Shown here: piece by piece, positions 35,136 through 46,713 of the stretch | How positions within the stretch are numbered: the first letter of the stretch is position 1 | Layout of the letters: each line of letters opens with the position of its first letter | NCBI RefSeq assembly: GCF_000143415.4 | Contig: NW_003314266.1 | Coordinates: forward strand, 1,572,463-1,636,462 | Source of the DNA: Selaginella moellendorffii | Taxonomy: Eukaryota > Plantae > Lycopodiophyta | DNA length: 64,000 nt | Reading direction: 5' to 3' | Made by a program: the position numbers and the translations under genes | The notes under the pieces: model-generated | Databases searched by the model: none | What the model was told of the DNA's origin: nothing | The model's input: the letters and a program-made list of their open reading frames with translations, nothing else

Positions 35136-35498
35136 TGAAGATCAGCTGTAAGCAACTTATGAGACTTTTTTCGTAACAATTGCAATGTTTCTAGTCATGA
35201 ACACCTGGAGCCACAACTGGAAATGGCGGATCGCTGATGTGGATAGATTGGACGAGACACGACTTGTGGATACGGGGATCAAAAAATAACGAGTTAAGTT
35301 TCGTGGAGAAGTTTTGGGAAGCTCCGCTGTATGTTGTCTCCAGCTGAGACTCTGTCCTCTTGGGCTTCCTCCACACTTGGCCGGTTATGGAGGAGGAGGA
35401 CTAGCACTGGCGGAATTGTAGAGGAACTAGCGGTAGCAGGAAATCCGATAGGTGGGGAATCAGGAACTTCGAGTGGAGCAGCAGCTCCAGAATCAACA

Positions 35499-35758
35499 AT
35501 GGTGCTGCGATCGCAATCTAGAAGAAGGAAAACTCCGGAGCCGTCTATCGTGCGTCGTCGCAGAAGACGAGGAGGCAAGGTAAGATCTTTGTTTTGTTTT
35601 GGTTCTTCGTTTTCTCGCTTGGATTTCTCATTGCGCGAGTGACTTCTTGTTTACAGGGACGCAGGAGACGACGGAGAAGACGCGCGAAAACTCACTCAAG
35701 TCGTTCGTGTTCCATGAAACCATTCTTTCAATCAGAACTGGGAAAATCTAGCTTTTAA
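35499..35758 (+). CDS. Candidate 60-aa arginine-rich protamine-like protein (exons 35499-35579, 35657-35758)
   Basis: ATG in aacaATGG context; clean GT-AG T-rich intron 35580-35656; product MVLRSQSRRRKTPEPSIVRRRRRRGGK|GRRRRRRRRAKTHSSRSCSMKPFFQSELGKSSF. Confidence 0.5.
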
Positions 35759-35824
35759 TGCGAGTGTAAAGAGCTCTCTCGTGTCTATCGAGTTAGGGGT
35801 TTAGGTTTTTGAAATATTTGAGCG

Positions 35825-38085
35825 ATGGAGCGCGCGCTCTACACATCGATCTCCGCGGCGCTGGAGCCGCTGGTGATGGCGCATCTCTTCTCGCGAAAAT
35901 GCCGAGGTCTGGAGCATCCCACGCGATGGAAGGAGCGCCTTGGCTATCCCTCGCTTCCTCGCCCCTCTGGAACCCTCATCTGGTTCCACGCCGTCTCGCT
36001 AGGTCGGTTTCTTTCTTCCTCTGTGCGATCGATCGTTCTTTTCTTTGGAAATTTTCAAGGTTTTCTTTGCTCATGGATTCTTTCTTTGTTGAAATTCTAG
36101 GAGAAGGGCTGTCAGCCATACCGATCATCGATAGATGCTTGCAAATACATCCTTTCCTTAACGTTCTTCTCACTACTGGGACTTTGACAGCATTGTGAGT
36201 AACTCTATGTACATTTCGCGATTTATCCAATGTGTTCGTCTTCTTTTCCGTAGCAATGTCCTCCGGAGCAAACTTTCTCATGGTGTAATCTTCCAGGTAC
36301 TGTTCTCTGTTAGCTGTTCTATGGTTTGCGAAGTTCTAAAATACGGTTGGAAAGTTTGTTCCTGTGGATACTCCAGCAGCGGTGGACAGATTTTTGAGTC
36401 ACTGGAAGCCACAGGCTGGTATATTCATGGAAAGTGAGCTTTGGCCAAATCTTCTCTTGTCATCGTCCTCGAGAAAGGTGCGTGATTGTTGAAACTGTGG
36501 AATTGAAGTTTTACTTACCTTGCTTCCTATGCAGATTCCTATGGCTCTGTTGAATGCGCGAGTATCTGAGAAATCTTTCATTCGATGGTCTCGTTTCACC
36601 TCGAAGTCGCTTGTGGGTGAAATGCTTGGAAGTTTTTCTTTGATATGCCCTCTGGTATGCTTTGGAAGTTTTTGGTCCTTTGCCTGACCAACTTTATATT
36701 CTACTTGACAAGGTAGAGCACCAATGACGCGATACATCTGCAGCTTTTGGGTGCTTCTCCTGGCGTCATACATTTCTCTGGAAATTCGAAATACGGTGGG
36801 TAGTGGTATCCCAAATTCTTTGACACCATGTATTTTCCAGCATGGGGAGCATCTCAGGACAAGTCGCAAGTGGAAGATCTCCTGCTAATGAAACGAAAAG
36901 TCTGGCTGGCATCGTCGACACATGCTGGTGAAGAGGAAGGTACAGCTCTGTTTAGGACTTACAAAACTCCATCTCATATACCACCGGGTGCTCTAGTTAT
37001 TGCAGAGGTGCACTTGACACTCAAACGAACATTTCCAGAAATTCTTACAATCCTCGCACCTCGGCAGCCCAGTCGTGCAGAGTCAATCATCATGGTTAGA
37101 TACAATATCACTTGTTTTTGTACGTTTTAACATTTTCTTTCAGATGCTGCGAACCCATGGATTGAAGGTTGCACAGAGGTCCATCAACGAGAATATTTGC
37201 CTAAATACTGACATCTATCTCGCAGATACCGTAGGTACGTGATTCTAGAGCGTTTCTCGGTTTCTCTTCTCAAACTCTTGTCTTCCAGGTGAATTGACAA
37301 GACTTTACAACTCTGTTCCAATAGCTGTTGTTGGTGGCTCGTTACTAAAAGGTTTAGCTGGTCACAACATGGCGGAGGCTGCAGCATGCGGTTGCGCTGT
37401 TCTTACAGGTTGAGAAGTTCCCATACTCCGATCTAAGCTAAAAGCATTTCTATCTAAGAACAGGAACACACTTGGGTCACTTCTCCAAAATGCTGAAAGA
37501 AATGCAGTCGATCTCTCCATTATCCATCTTACAAGTAAGAAGCTTTGTTTCTTCATTTACCCAATTTCATTTTCTTTTCTCAAGGTTTCCTCCGCGGATT
37601 CTCTAGCGTCCGCCTTGATGGAGCTTTTCTCTGACGAAGGAGGTCTACGACTTCGTAGGAAAGCTGCAAAAGCAGCTTCAACCACTGCAGCTGCTGGCAT
37701 CATCGACAATATCTTCAAGCTGCTAGAGCTCAACATATTCCAAGGTGTGTATTGCGACACTCTCATGGGTTTAGGGTTTAGTGAGAGGAAGCAGGGGTCT
37801 ATGGTGAATGCAATCCACTTGGAAGAGAATGCCGGTGGTACTGAGACGCTCCTCTCTTTTTTACTTCCAGGAATCGCGATGGGAGGCGAAGTTTCAGCAG
37901 CTACGCGCGATGGTGAGTGCTCCGAAGATGGGTCCTCCTCCCGCTGGAAGAAGGATGATGATTCCCAAGGCCCAGAAGAGGATGAAGATCTACGACTTGG
38001 ACGAGGCACTGATCATGTACAAGAAGTTCCGGGATATTGTCAAGCTCAGGGACTTGCTGGAGATGTCGCAGGGCCATGTCCTTAA
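35825..38085 (+). CDS. KDTA: 3-deoxy-D-manno-octulosonic acid (Kdo) transferase, lipid A-like pathway, multi-exon; 3' end uncertain
   Basis: ERLG..LIWFHAVSLGE, MESELWPN, LLNARVSEKSF, WLASSTHAGEE, VGGSL..GHNMAEAAA. The last exon stays open to 38085. Confidence 0.88.
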
Positions 38086-39355
38086 CCTCCATGCACTGGG
38101 AAGGCTCAAGGGAAGATTCAAACTCGACCCGGCAAGCAGGATTTCATCGTATCCAGACGCTCATCCTGGCGTGGTGAAGCTCACGACCGACGCAGACAGC
38201 TGGAAGTGGCTCGAATTTACAGATGAGGCCGAGGACTTGATAGCCGAGAAGGGGATCTACATGAGAGAGGTTCACGAGGCACAGGTGGTCAAGTGGATCC
38301 GGAAGATGCTGATGATGTCGCAGACTCGAAGCATGCCTCTGATACGGCTCCAGCACCTCAGGAACGTTCTCTTCCTGCCACCGGACTTCAAGTCGAGGAT
38401 CATCCACGCGTATCCGCAGTACTTCCGGGTGACGACCGTGAGGGGGGCTCTCACTCTCGAGCTCGTGGAGTGGGACGAGTCGCTGGCGGTGACTTACAGG
38501 GAGCAGAGGCTGAGAGACAACGCTCTGGAGCTGGACGAGCTTATGGGCGACACGAATCCTCACGCGTTTCCGATGTCGTTCCCGACCGGCTTCCACCTGA
38601 GGAAGAACGTGAGGGAGTACTACGAGACGTTTCAGAAGCTCCCGTTCCAGTCGCCTTATGAGATATGCCGGACGATCCATGGGACGATGGAGGCGGAGAA
38701 GCGGAACTTGGCCATCGTCCACGAGATACTGAGCATGTACGTGGAGAAGCGGGCACAGATCGCGCAGATCGCTGTGTTCCGCAAGGACTTCAAGCTCATG
38801 AGCTCGCTCCGGGGGCTCATCGAGCGTCACCAGGGGATCTTCTACACGTCTTACAAGGAGGACCTCTTCACGGTGTTCCTCAAGGAGGCTTACAGCGGCA
38901 TGAGACTGATCGATCGCAGTCCGCTGCTAGACTTCCGGGACAGGTTCATAAGGCTGTGTTTGATCCAGCCTCGGGAGAAGCGGCTGGATCCGCGAAGAAC
39001 TTCTCCCGAGAATGTGGAGAAGCGGCTCCGGCAGATGGACACGATCAAGGAGGAGGTGGGGAGAATGGACTGCGAGGGGAAGATATCATGCAAAGGATCC
39101 AAGAGGGAGATGAGGAGGTGCCTGGCGAGTGGACACGAGGTGGAGATACTCGGGGAGGATAGAAACGCGAGGTGGAGGAGGCCGAGGGTGCTGTTCGAGG
39201 AGATGATGGACAAGACTCCGGACTACAACATCACAGAGCTGGAGAAGGCGCTGTATAGATTCAAAGGGAAGGCTGATAAGTGGCCAAACCGGGAAGATGG
39301 AAGCTGTGAAGGTTTGGATGACGACGACGACGGTGACTCCGACTTTGAGTGGTGA
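37808..39355 (+). CDS. PORR-domain (Plant Organelle RNA Recognition; WTF1/RPD1-like) intron-splicing factor, intronless
   Basis: RKMLMMS, LPPDF..YPQYF, LELVEWDESLAV, FQKLPFQSPY, EKRNLAIVHEILSM..EKR, RHQGIFY.S...TVFLKEAY. Confidence 0.93.
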   Translation: MQSTWKRMPVVLRRSSLFYFQESRWEAKFQQLRAMVSAPKMGPPPAGRRMMIPKAQKRMKIYDLDEALIMYKKFRDIVKLRDLLEMSQGHVLNLHALGRLKGRFKLDPASRISSYPDAHPGVVKLTTDADSWKWLEFTDEAEDLIAEKGIYMREVHEAQVVKWIRKMLMMSQTRSMPLIRLQHLRNVLFLPPDFKSRIIHAYPQYFRVTTVRGALTLELVEWDESLAVTYREQRLRDNALELDELMGDTNPHAFPMSFPTGFHLRKNVREYYETFQKLPFQSPYEICRTIHGTMEAEKRNLAIVHEILSMYVEKRAQIAQIAVFRKDFKLMSSLRGLIERHQGIFYTSYKEDLFTVFLKEAYSGMRLIDRSPLLDFRDRFIRLCLIQPREKRLDPRRTSPENVEKRLRQMDTIKEEVGRMDCEGKISCKGSKREMRRCLASGHEVEILGEDRNARWRRPRVLFEEMMDKTPDYNITELEKALYRFKGKADKWPNREDGSCEGLDDDDDGDSDFEW

Positions 39356-39819
39356 GAATTTTGGTGGTGGCAGGAGAGATCGATCGAGCTATCGAAGATT
39401 CAGTGAAGAAAACTCGGAGAGATGATCATGGATATGATATACTAATATTCGTGAAGGTGGATGTTGTCTTCTATCTTAGGAAAGCCACCATGGACTGGAT
39501 GATTTTGTTCTTCCTTTCTTGAGGAAGTTCATGCTGGAATCGAACCGGGCTCTGTTCCATGGCATTTTTCAGTTAGCTAGATTAGCAAAAAAGGATAGAA
39601 AACCTTTTGTGTAGACACTATATAGAGGAGTAGCTAGGGTATTGGGGAAGTTTAGTTTTAACGATGAGCAAAAGGTTGAGCTAACAATCAACAAGGCATA
39701 AAAAATTTTAATCACAATGAATTATCATTTAGTCCTCTCATGCACACGAGAACGTCATAAAAGTTCTCGGCTTGTAATACACCTTATTGAATTCCTTGAT
39801 TTCCAATAAGTGCTGGATT

Positions 39820-40110
39820 AAAGAAACTATGCGGCAGCTCTTAGTGGCGAGCTTGCATGAGCGAGAGTTGTGCATAAGGACATGAGTGTCTCAAATTTGA
39901 GCTCAATGGAAACAACTTTGTAGTGAATTTGGGAGATTTTAGCTGCGCAAGGAAGCACCAACTATACATATTGGATCACTGGGATTTAGGGCTCCTGAAG
40001 TTATCGAGATTGAGAAGTTTGGGACAGGTATAGACATGTGGGGTGCTGGAATGGTGTTTGCAGTGTTGCTTCCGGGAAAGAAGCCTTTTGGTGGCCATAA
40101 ATTAAAGATT
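39820..40110 (+). pseudogene. Protein kinase fragment (subdomains VI-IX), decayed
   Basis: VVHKDM..SNL and IGSLGFRAPEV..GTGIDMWGAGMVFA..GKKPF in broken frames. Confidence 0.7.
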
Positions 40111-40199
40111 CCGAGAAGAATTGGTTTAATAAAATTGAAGACAAGGATCCTGTGAATTTGAAAGTGGATCCCAAGCAAGCAAACCCTGCAACAATTTCA

Positions 40200-40850
40200 T
40201 AATATTTGTTAGTCATGAAAATAATCAATGCCATTGTATTAATACTATTTAAAATTACCTTAACAACTAAAATAATATAATATTGTTTTTCCGAAGCAAA
40301 ACAAATGTTTCTATATAGTCTAGAGAATTATTAAATAGCAAGTTTTAAGTTTGTCTTTGTAGTTTTATGTGTGTTTAGAAATTTTCCTTACATACAACTC
40401 ATTTACTTGGGTGCAATATAACAATTATATAATAGATACTAAAGTATAATATATCATTACAATACTTTTTATATAAATTAACTTTCTGGAGAAGATCAAA
40501 TAAATATATTTAAACAATTTTTAAAAAAATAAGTATAAAATAAAATAAATAATTTCTTTGTTAGATTTATATTCATACAACATTATATTAATTTGCTTAG
40601 GGGAGTGAATAAAAATAAAATATTCTTTGATATTCTAAGATATTTTACCATCTAATAGTTGTTATTCATTTATATTAATCTTGTATTTATAATTTATAAA
40701 CATGTTTATAATTTATAAATTTTCAATAGTATATTTATTTTATTCTCATAGTTGATATATAATAAGATTAATCTACTTCCAATTGATCAATTCAATTAAT
40801 AAATCATAAACACTACCAACTATTGCTACATGAACAAATGTTTTTTGCTA
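40200..40850. mobile_element. AT-rich dispersed repeat related to 16960-18120
   Basis: Shared ~30-bp block (see above); very high AT content. Confidence 0.5.
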
Positions 40851-41214
40851 GTTTGTTAGGCTACCCCTTTCCCTCTATGACCAGAATGGTTGTTCTATTC
40901 GCCTTGTGCTTGTGAAGAAATTGTTAAGTGTGTTCGGATTAGACTGAATTTAAAAATTTCAAGGTAGGGCACATTTTGTTTATAAGCTCAAGGTGGCTAC
41001 CACACTTAAAAATTTGCGATCTGGATTGCAAGCTCGCTAGAAATGCATCTCAAATGCAAACACCTATCACAGGCAAGTCTCTTCTTTAAGTGGTCTTTTT
41101 CTCTTCTTTTTTTTCTTGAAGTTTTTACTAGGAAGAGAAGAAACCATTTCTCTCGACGAGCAAGCTTCTTGTTCGTCGGTGTTCGTGGCACTTTCTTCTT
41201 CGCGTACCTCCATT

Positions 41215-42030
41215 ATGGATGGATACCAGTTCGTTGAAGACTTCCATATCTTGCGAGGTAAGCCACGATTTTTGACGATTTTTTTCTTCTTGATCTCAGA
41301 GAAGCTTGGATTCGGATGCTGGCAAGTCTTACGGCCTTGTCATGGCTCTAGGAAAAAGGTTTGTTCTTTTGCTCTTTTCCATGGTCCTAGATTTGTGGAC
41401 AGGAAAATGATCTTAGCTCCAGAGTTTGAGATGCCAAACGTCCTGGAGCCGCTGCGCTGGTACGTTTTTCGTTTACTCACTTCGATCATACCCGTTTCTT
41501 TCTTGGCAGGCTACAAGGTGGGAAGCTAAGCAGCGGAAAGCTTAACGAGAGAATAAGCCGATCATGGAGCGAATGCGAAGCTAGCCGAGTTCTTCCCGAA
41601 CGAGATGAACTTACTGGAGCATATCAGGGAATCGGGGCATTTCCTGCGGCCTCACCTCGACGATCTCCAGGTTCTCTCCATCCTTCCCGACTGTCTCCCA
41701 TTTGTTCTTGCTTGTTTCTATGCCTATTCAAGATCGCAAGTGTTTTTTAGCTCTCAGGCACCTTGATCGTCAACTTAAGCATGTGCGGAGAATTCTACAT
41801 GACGTTCAAGAGAGGAAAGGGTGCGTACGAGTGTCATAAAATCCTATTGAAACAACGATCTCTTCAGGTAAAGCGCATCTATTCTCTCCAGATAAAAAAT
41901 TGGATATTTTTGTCTCTCGTTCTAGATTCTGTGGAGAAGCAGATATAACTTCACAGATGAGATTGAGAACCGGGTCATACTATCCCCAAGGCGAGTTAGC
42001 ATTTCATTTGGAGGTGGTTTCTTAGGACAT
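41215..42030 (+). pseudogene. AlkB-family 2OG-Fe(II) dioxygenase (ALKBH4-like), apparently disabled
   Basis: FPNEMNLLEHI..G..LRPHLDD..LIVNLSM..RSLQIL..RYNFTDEI..RRVSISF. HxD is present but the distal His is Asp; indels break the exon frames. Confidence 0.65.
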
Positions 42031-42122
42031 TTGGTGAACAGTCAAATTTTAGTCAACTTTCTATGTTTCTTTGTAAACTTATTACAGAAAAACTGAAGTC
42101 ACACTATTGTATATGGAATTCA

Positions 42123-43455
42123 TCACTCCTTTCCATCGGCCTTCCTGAGTGAGCCGAGTTGGACTGGAGCTTGAGTTCCCACAACCTTGGAGGAGCTATA
42201 AGCTGCCGCCAAGTCGTGTGATCCCTCCGCCATCTCCTTCTCAAGCTGCTCCTTGATCCACATGTAGGTGATTCGCAGCCCATCTCTCAGTCGCATCGAG
42301 GGAGCCCAGCCCAGCTTCTCCTTGATCAGACTGTTGTCCGAGTTCCTTCCGCGGACTCCCTCCGGCCCGGGGATGTGCTGGATTGGAATTTGCTTGTTTT
42401 CAAAGCCCAGGATCATCTCCGCCATCTCGTTCATGCTCACCATCTCGTCGCTGCCGATGTTGAGCGGCTCCCGGAAGTCGGACTTGGTGAGTCGCAAGAC
42501 GCCCTCCACGCACTCGTCGATGAACGTGAAGGATCGCGTCTGCATACCATCGCCCCACATCTCGAATTTGTCGGTGGAAGTCAAGGCCTTGCGACAAAAC
42601 GCGGCTGGAGCCTTCTCTCGTCCGCCTGTGAGATCGATTTGTCAGTCACCCATCACACTCTAAGCTTCGAGCAAGAGAAGAAAGAGGAAGTTCCAAGAAT
42701 CTAAGCTCACCTTTCCAGGTACCAAAAGGCCCGTAGATGTTGTGGAAGCGCCCAATCCGGCACTCGATTCCAAAGTCCTTGGTGTAGTGCTTGCACAGCT
42801 CTTCGGTGCACAGCTTCTCCAGCCCATAGGCATCTTGGGGCTGCAAGGAAAACAAGAGTTTTAGAACTTTCAGATCAGAAAGAAAGGGTTCTTCTTTCAC
42901 ATACCTCTGCCGGCCATGCATCGCCTTCTTTGAGGCTCACGTTCGTTTCTAGCTGTTTGAACTCTGGATAAATGCATGCGCTCGACGCGTAAAAGAATCT
43001 GCAAGCCAAAAGGAAAAGTGAGCTCCAAATTCTCGGAACAAAAAGAAGAATCCACACCTTTTGACTCCATTGATTCGGGAGGCCTCGAGCATGTTGAAGC
43101 TGATCATGGTATTGTTGAAAAGGATGACCGAGTGATTCGACTGGATGAAACCCATCCCGCCCATGTCGGCCGCGAGATTGAAGACGTGATCCGCGCCCCT
43201 CGTCACAACCATGCAGTTGTCCATGACGCGGAGATCCACGAGATGGAACTCATGGCAGAACATATCCTCGCTCATGTGTTCGTTCTTCTTCCAGTCCGAT
43301 GCGATTATGTAGTGTCCCTCCGCCTTGAGCCGCCGTGCAATGTGCGATGCTATGAATCCTCCAGCACCGGTGATGCAAATCCGGAGTTTAGATTCCGGCC
43401 AATAGGCTTTGCGCTCCAGCTCTGCCCCAACTGTATAAGCTCCAAAGGATTCCAT
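42123..43455 (-). CDS. GME: GDP-mannose 3',5'-epimerase (ascorbate / cell-wall sugar pathway)
   Basis: ITGAGGFIASHIARRLK, FNLAADMGGMGFIQSNHSVI, YASSACIYPE, DAYGLEK, GPEGVRGRNSDN, APVQLGSLRKADGKE. Confidence 0.98.
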
Positions 43456-43581
43456 CGCTGCTCTCTCTCTCTTTTCTTTAGGATACGGCTAATGTTCCGC
43501 CCCTATTTATACTTGGCTAACCAAAAGGTCTTTCCACCTTTTTCCAAGGAACCTTTTGCCACCTTTCTCAGAAAAACTTTG

Positions 43582-46499
43582 TTAAGTGTTAACTTGGAAC
43601 AGCTTGACTGCATGATCGGCACCGCAGGACGCGAGTCTCGAGCGCTCTTGATCTTCACTCCAGCACAGCCGATTGACAGCCGCCGCGTGACAAAGCTGCG
43701 AGTCGAATCTGGTGACGAGGCTGGGAGCTTGTTTCGCTACGACGCTCCACAGCTCTATCATCCCGGATTCCATCCCAACCGCGAGTAAATACTTGGACCC
43801 CCATGCGAGAGCCGTGACGCTGCTTGCGAAACTCGGCAGTGTCGAAAGCAGCTCCACCTTGGCTTGTTCTTGTTCTTGGTCTCCTCCTTGTTCGACTATC
43901 GACCAGATTTTCACGCTTTTGTCCCGCGAGCCTGTTGCAAACCTGTTGTCGTGCGGGCTCCAGGAGCACGTCCACACAATTCGTTTGTGGGCTTCGAGTT
44001 TTACCAGCAAGCGCTGGAAAGCTGGAACAATGAAAATGGTACCTAGAGCTGACAATGGCTCGAAGCTTACAAAAACTAACGTACCTGTTGTAATCCGGAA
44101 CAAAGACAAGTGCCTGTCCCTGGACACCGAGAGCAGGAAGCGGTCGTCGTGCGAAAACTCCATCTGCGTTACCGTGAGCGAGTGCGAGCAAAGTTGCGTG
44201 ATCGGCCGCCAAGACTTTGTCTCCCAGAGCCATATCTCGGCTACGCTTGGAGTTTGGGCCTGTGAAACTTTGTGTGAATAAGTTCACAAGAGATACAAAA
44301 CTCGCATACCTTGCATGCAGTGGCAAGAATTTCACCACCATGGCTCGAGCACATCGAGTAGAGCTCGTTGCCGTGTCCATATAACTTGTGGGACTCCGGC
44401 CACAGCGTGTTTTGGACGAGCTGTTCCTCCAGTGGTGGTTTTGTGAGGACACTAGGAACCGCCTTTGCCACATACTCACTGTCAAACGCATTACTGCGGG
44501 AATCCTGGTTTGCGTCGGCTGCAAGAGAGGACGAAGTTAGTAGTGCAAAAGAAAAAACATCTTTTTGTCTCAAACCTTGTGTATATATTGGTTTCTGAGA
44601 CAAGCCAAGTGCGGACATATTTGCTCCCAAGATTTGGACGCCTTGCCTCGCCTCCTCGTTGCCACTCGAGCTTGTGAGAAGATCGAGCGTGTCTAGAAAC
44701 GCGGTGGGAGCCTCAAACACCCTCGCAACCTTCTCGTCGGCTCCACTTACGTATCTATAGTTTCCTTTCCCTCGGATAATCGCCAGACAGTTCATGTCAT
44801 GGCCGTGGACTTGTGGCCTCGCAACCTCGTGCCAAGTCGAGTTCTCTGCGTCTTTGTTCCAGCAAGTAAACATCCGGGTAGTCTGCAAACCACCAAACCA
44901 TACACACTGAGAATAAATTCTAGCAAGAACAAGCAGTACCTGGTCGTGACTCGCTGTAAGCAGAAACTGCCCGTTCGAAGCCCAGGCAACGTCGACAACA
45001 GGACCAAAATGCCCGGACGGGACGAGCTGCGGCATCCATCCAGTCGACACTTCCTTCCAGAGATGGAACGAGCCATTAAATCCGTGAGCCAAGATGGCAT
45101 CACCACCGGGACTCCAGACACCACCGTAGAAGCCGAATGCCGTCTGTCCGAGCTCGCCAACCGTGACTTCGTTCATCCAAATCCCCGACTTGGCTTCTGG
45201 TCCCCAAACCATCATCGTCTTGTCCATGGACGACGACAGAACCGACATTGGCTGAACTTTGTTCTTCAGAAGAGGCTGCCAGCGTACGGAGTACACCCAG
45301 TCTTCATGGCCAACGAGCAGCGACTCGAGAGAGATTTGCCAGATTTCTTTACCTGCCCGGAAAACAGGACCTTCGATGTAAGTTCTCAAACTGGGACCTC
45401 TCGAGGCAGCGCCAGGAGATCTCGAACGTATTTTCCAGATTCTGATGTTCCTGTCCTGCGAAGAGCTTGCCAGAAAGAGAGATTCCACCCCATCCTCTTG
45501 ATGCACGATGCCGGAGAAGTCCAGACCACGGATCCAGTCTTGATGTCCTTTAAGTTTGCAAGCGTGAGTAAACTGGAGAGAAAAAAGAAAATTAGAGGGT
45601 GACAAAGCAAAGCATCAAACCTTTTCCAGTTTACTCCCGGCGTAAATGTTGATGGTGTTGTCTAAACTTCCGACTGCTAGTATAGTGATATCGGAAATTC
45701 CTGGTAAACGAGCCATTGCCACAGCCACCACTGGCCGAGATACTACCATTTCAACAGTGTCAACAAGCAAAAGGCTGCAGTCTCCTGTTAAACAAAGAAA
45801 GCTTTTAGCCAGCAATAAAAACGAAAATTGCAAACAAGAGCCTACCAGGAAGTAAAGAGGCACTCCATACACATACTCCGCCATCAGATGTGCTTGTCGC
45901 AAACAATGCCTCGGTGGATGAAATCATCATACTCGCAATGCAGGTCACTGAGCCTCCTTTTGAAACTGTTGCTTGCGAACCAATCCTCCACTAGAACATC
46001 GCAATGCAAACTCAGTCGAGAACGAGAAACTAGAAAACAAAAAAGAAATTCGGTCGCAGACCTTTTTCTGTGATGGAACAAACGACCACAAGATCACAAC
46101 CCCATCCGCGCTTCCGGATAAAATAAAGCACTCACCAGCATCTGAGAAGAACATTCATCAACGAAAGAGAAGAGAAGAGATTAAAAAAGCCAGGAAGAGA
46201 GTTTTATGCCATGCCTGTTCCTGTATAGTCGAGCCATTCCACGCAGTTGACACTGCTCTTGTGACCGGAAAGCGATACAAGTATCTGCGATGCCTGGAAA
46301 ACGGAAGCAAAGATTTTCTCAATCGACCACTGTGATCGTAAAACAAAGAACAGAAGAAAAACCAGACCTTTGGCGAGAAGATCCCGACAGAGGAATGCGT
46401 CGCAAATGCGACGAGATCGCAGCGCCCCCACGCCGCGGCTTTCACCGTTTTGTTGCAGCCGGCGCTCACGAACACGGCCTCCACCCGCGCCATCGCCAT
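43582..46499 (-). CDS. ELP2: Elongator complex subunit 2 (WD40)
   Basis: FVSAGCNK, LKGHQDWIR, LVGHEDWVYS, WHEVARPQVHGHD, GANMSALGLSQKP, TLWPESHKLYGHGNE, AHKRIVW. Confidence 0.96.
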
Positions 46500-46713
46500 A
46501 AGCCCTATACCCTAGAAAATCACCAAACAAGAAATTCGACTTAAAAGCTTCCCGCGAAAAAATTCGCTGTATAAACTCGAGTTGGTATGCTACAAAACTG
46601 GCCTTTGAAGCCGATCAGTGAGTGTTCCTATCCTGCAAAGCACGAAAGAAAAAATTCGTCAAGAGAGAAAACGAGAGAGAAACCACCTTACCAACAAGAA
46701 AAATAAGAGACCT

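Noticed and set aside
35450-35716. Alternative acidic reading frame (EDEEARDAGDDGED) across the 35580-35656 intron
   Set aside because: The frame is closed by several TAG stops upstream and has no ATG; only the Arg frame is ATG-initiated.
35825-37750. KdtA (and Mfd, DUF482) as recent bacterial HGT or contamination
   Set aside because: All are intron-rich and belong to families already known in plant nuclear genomes.
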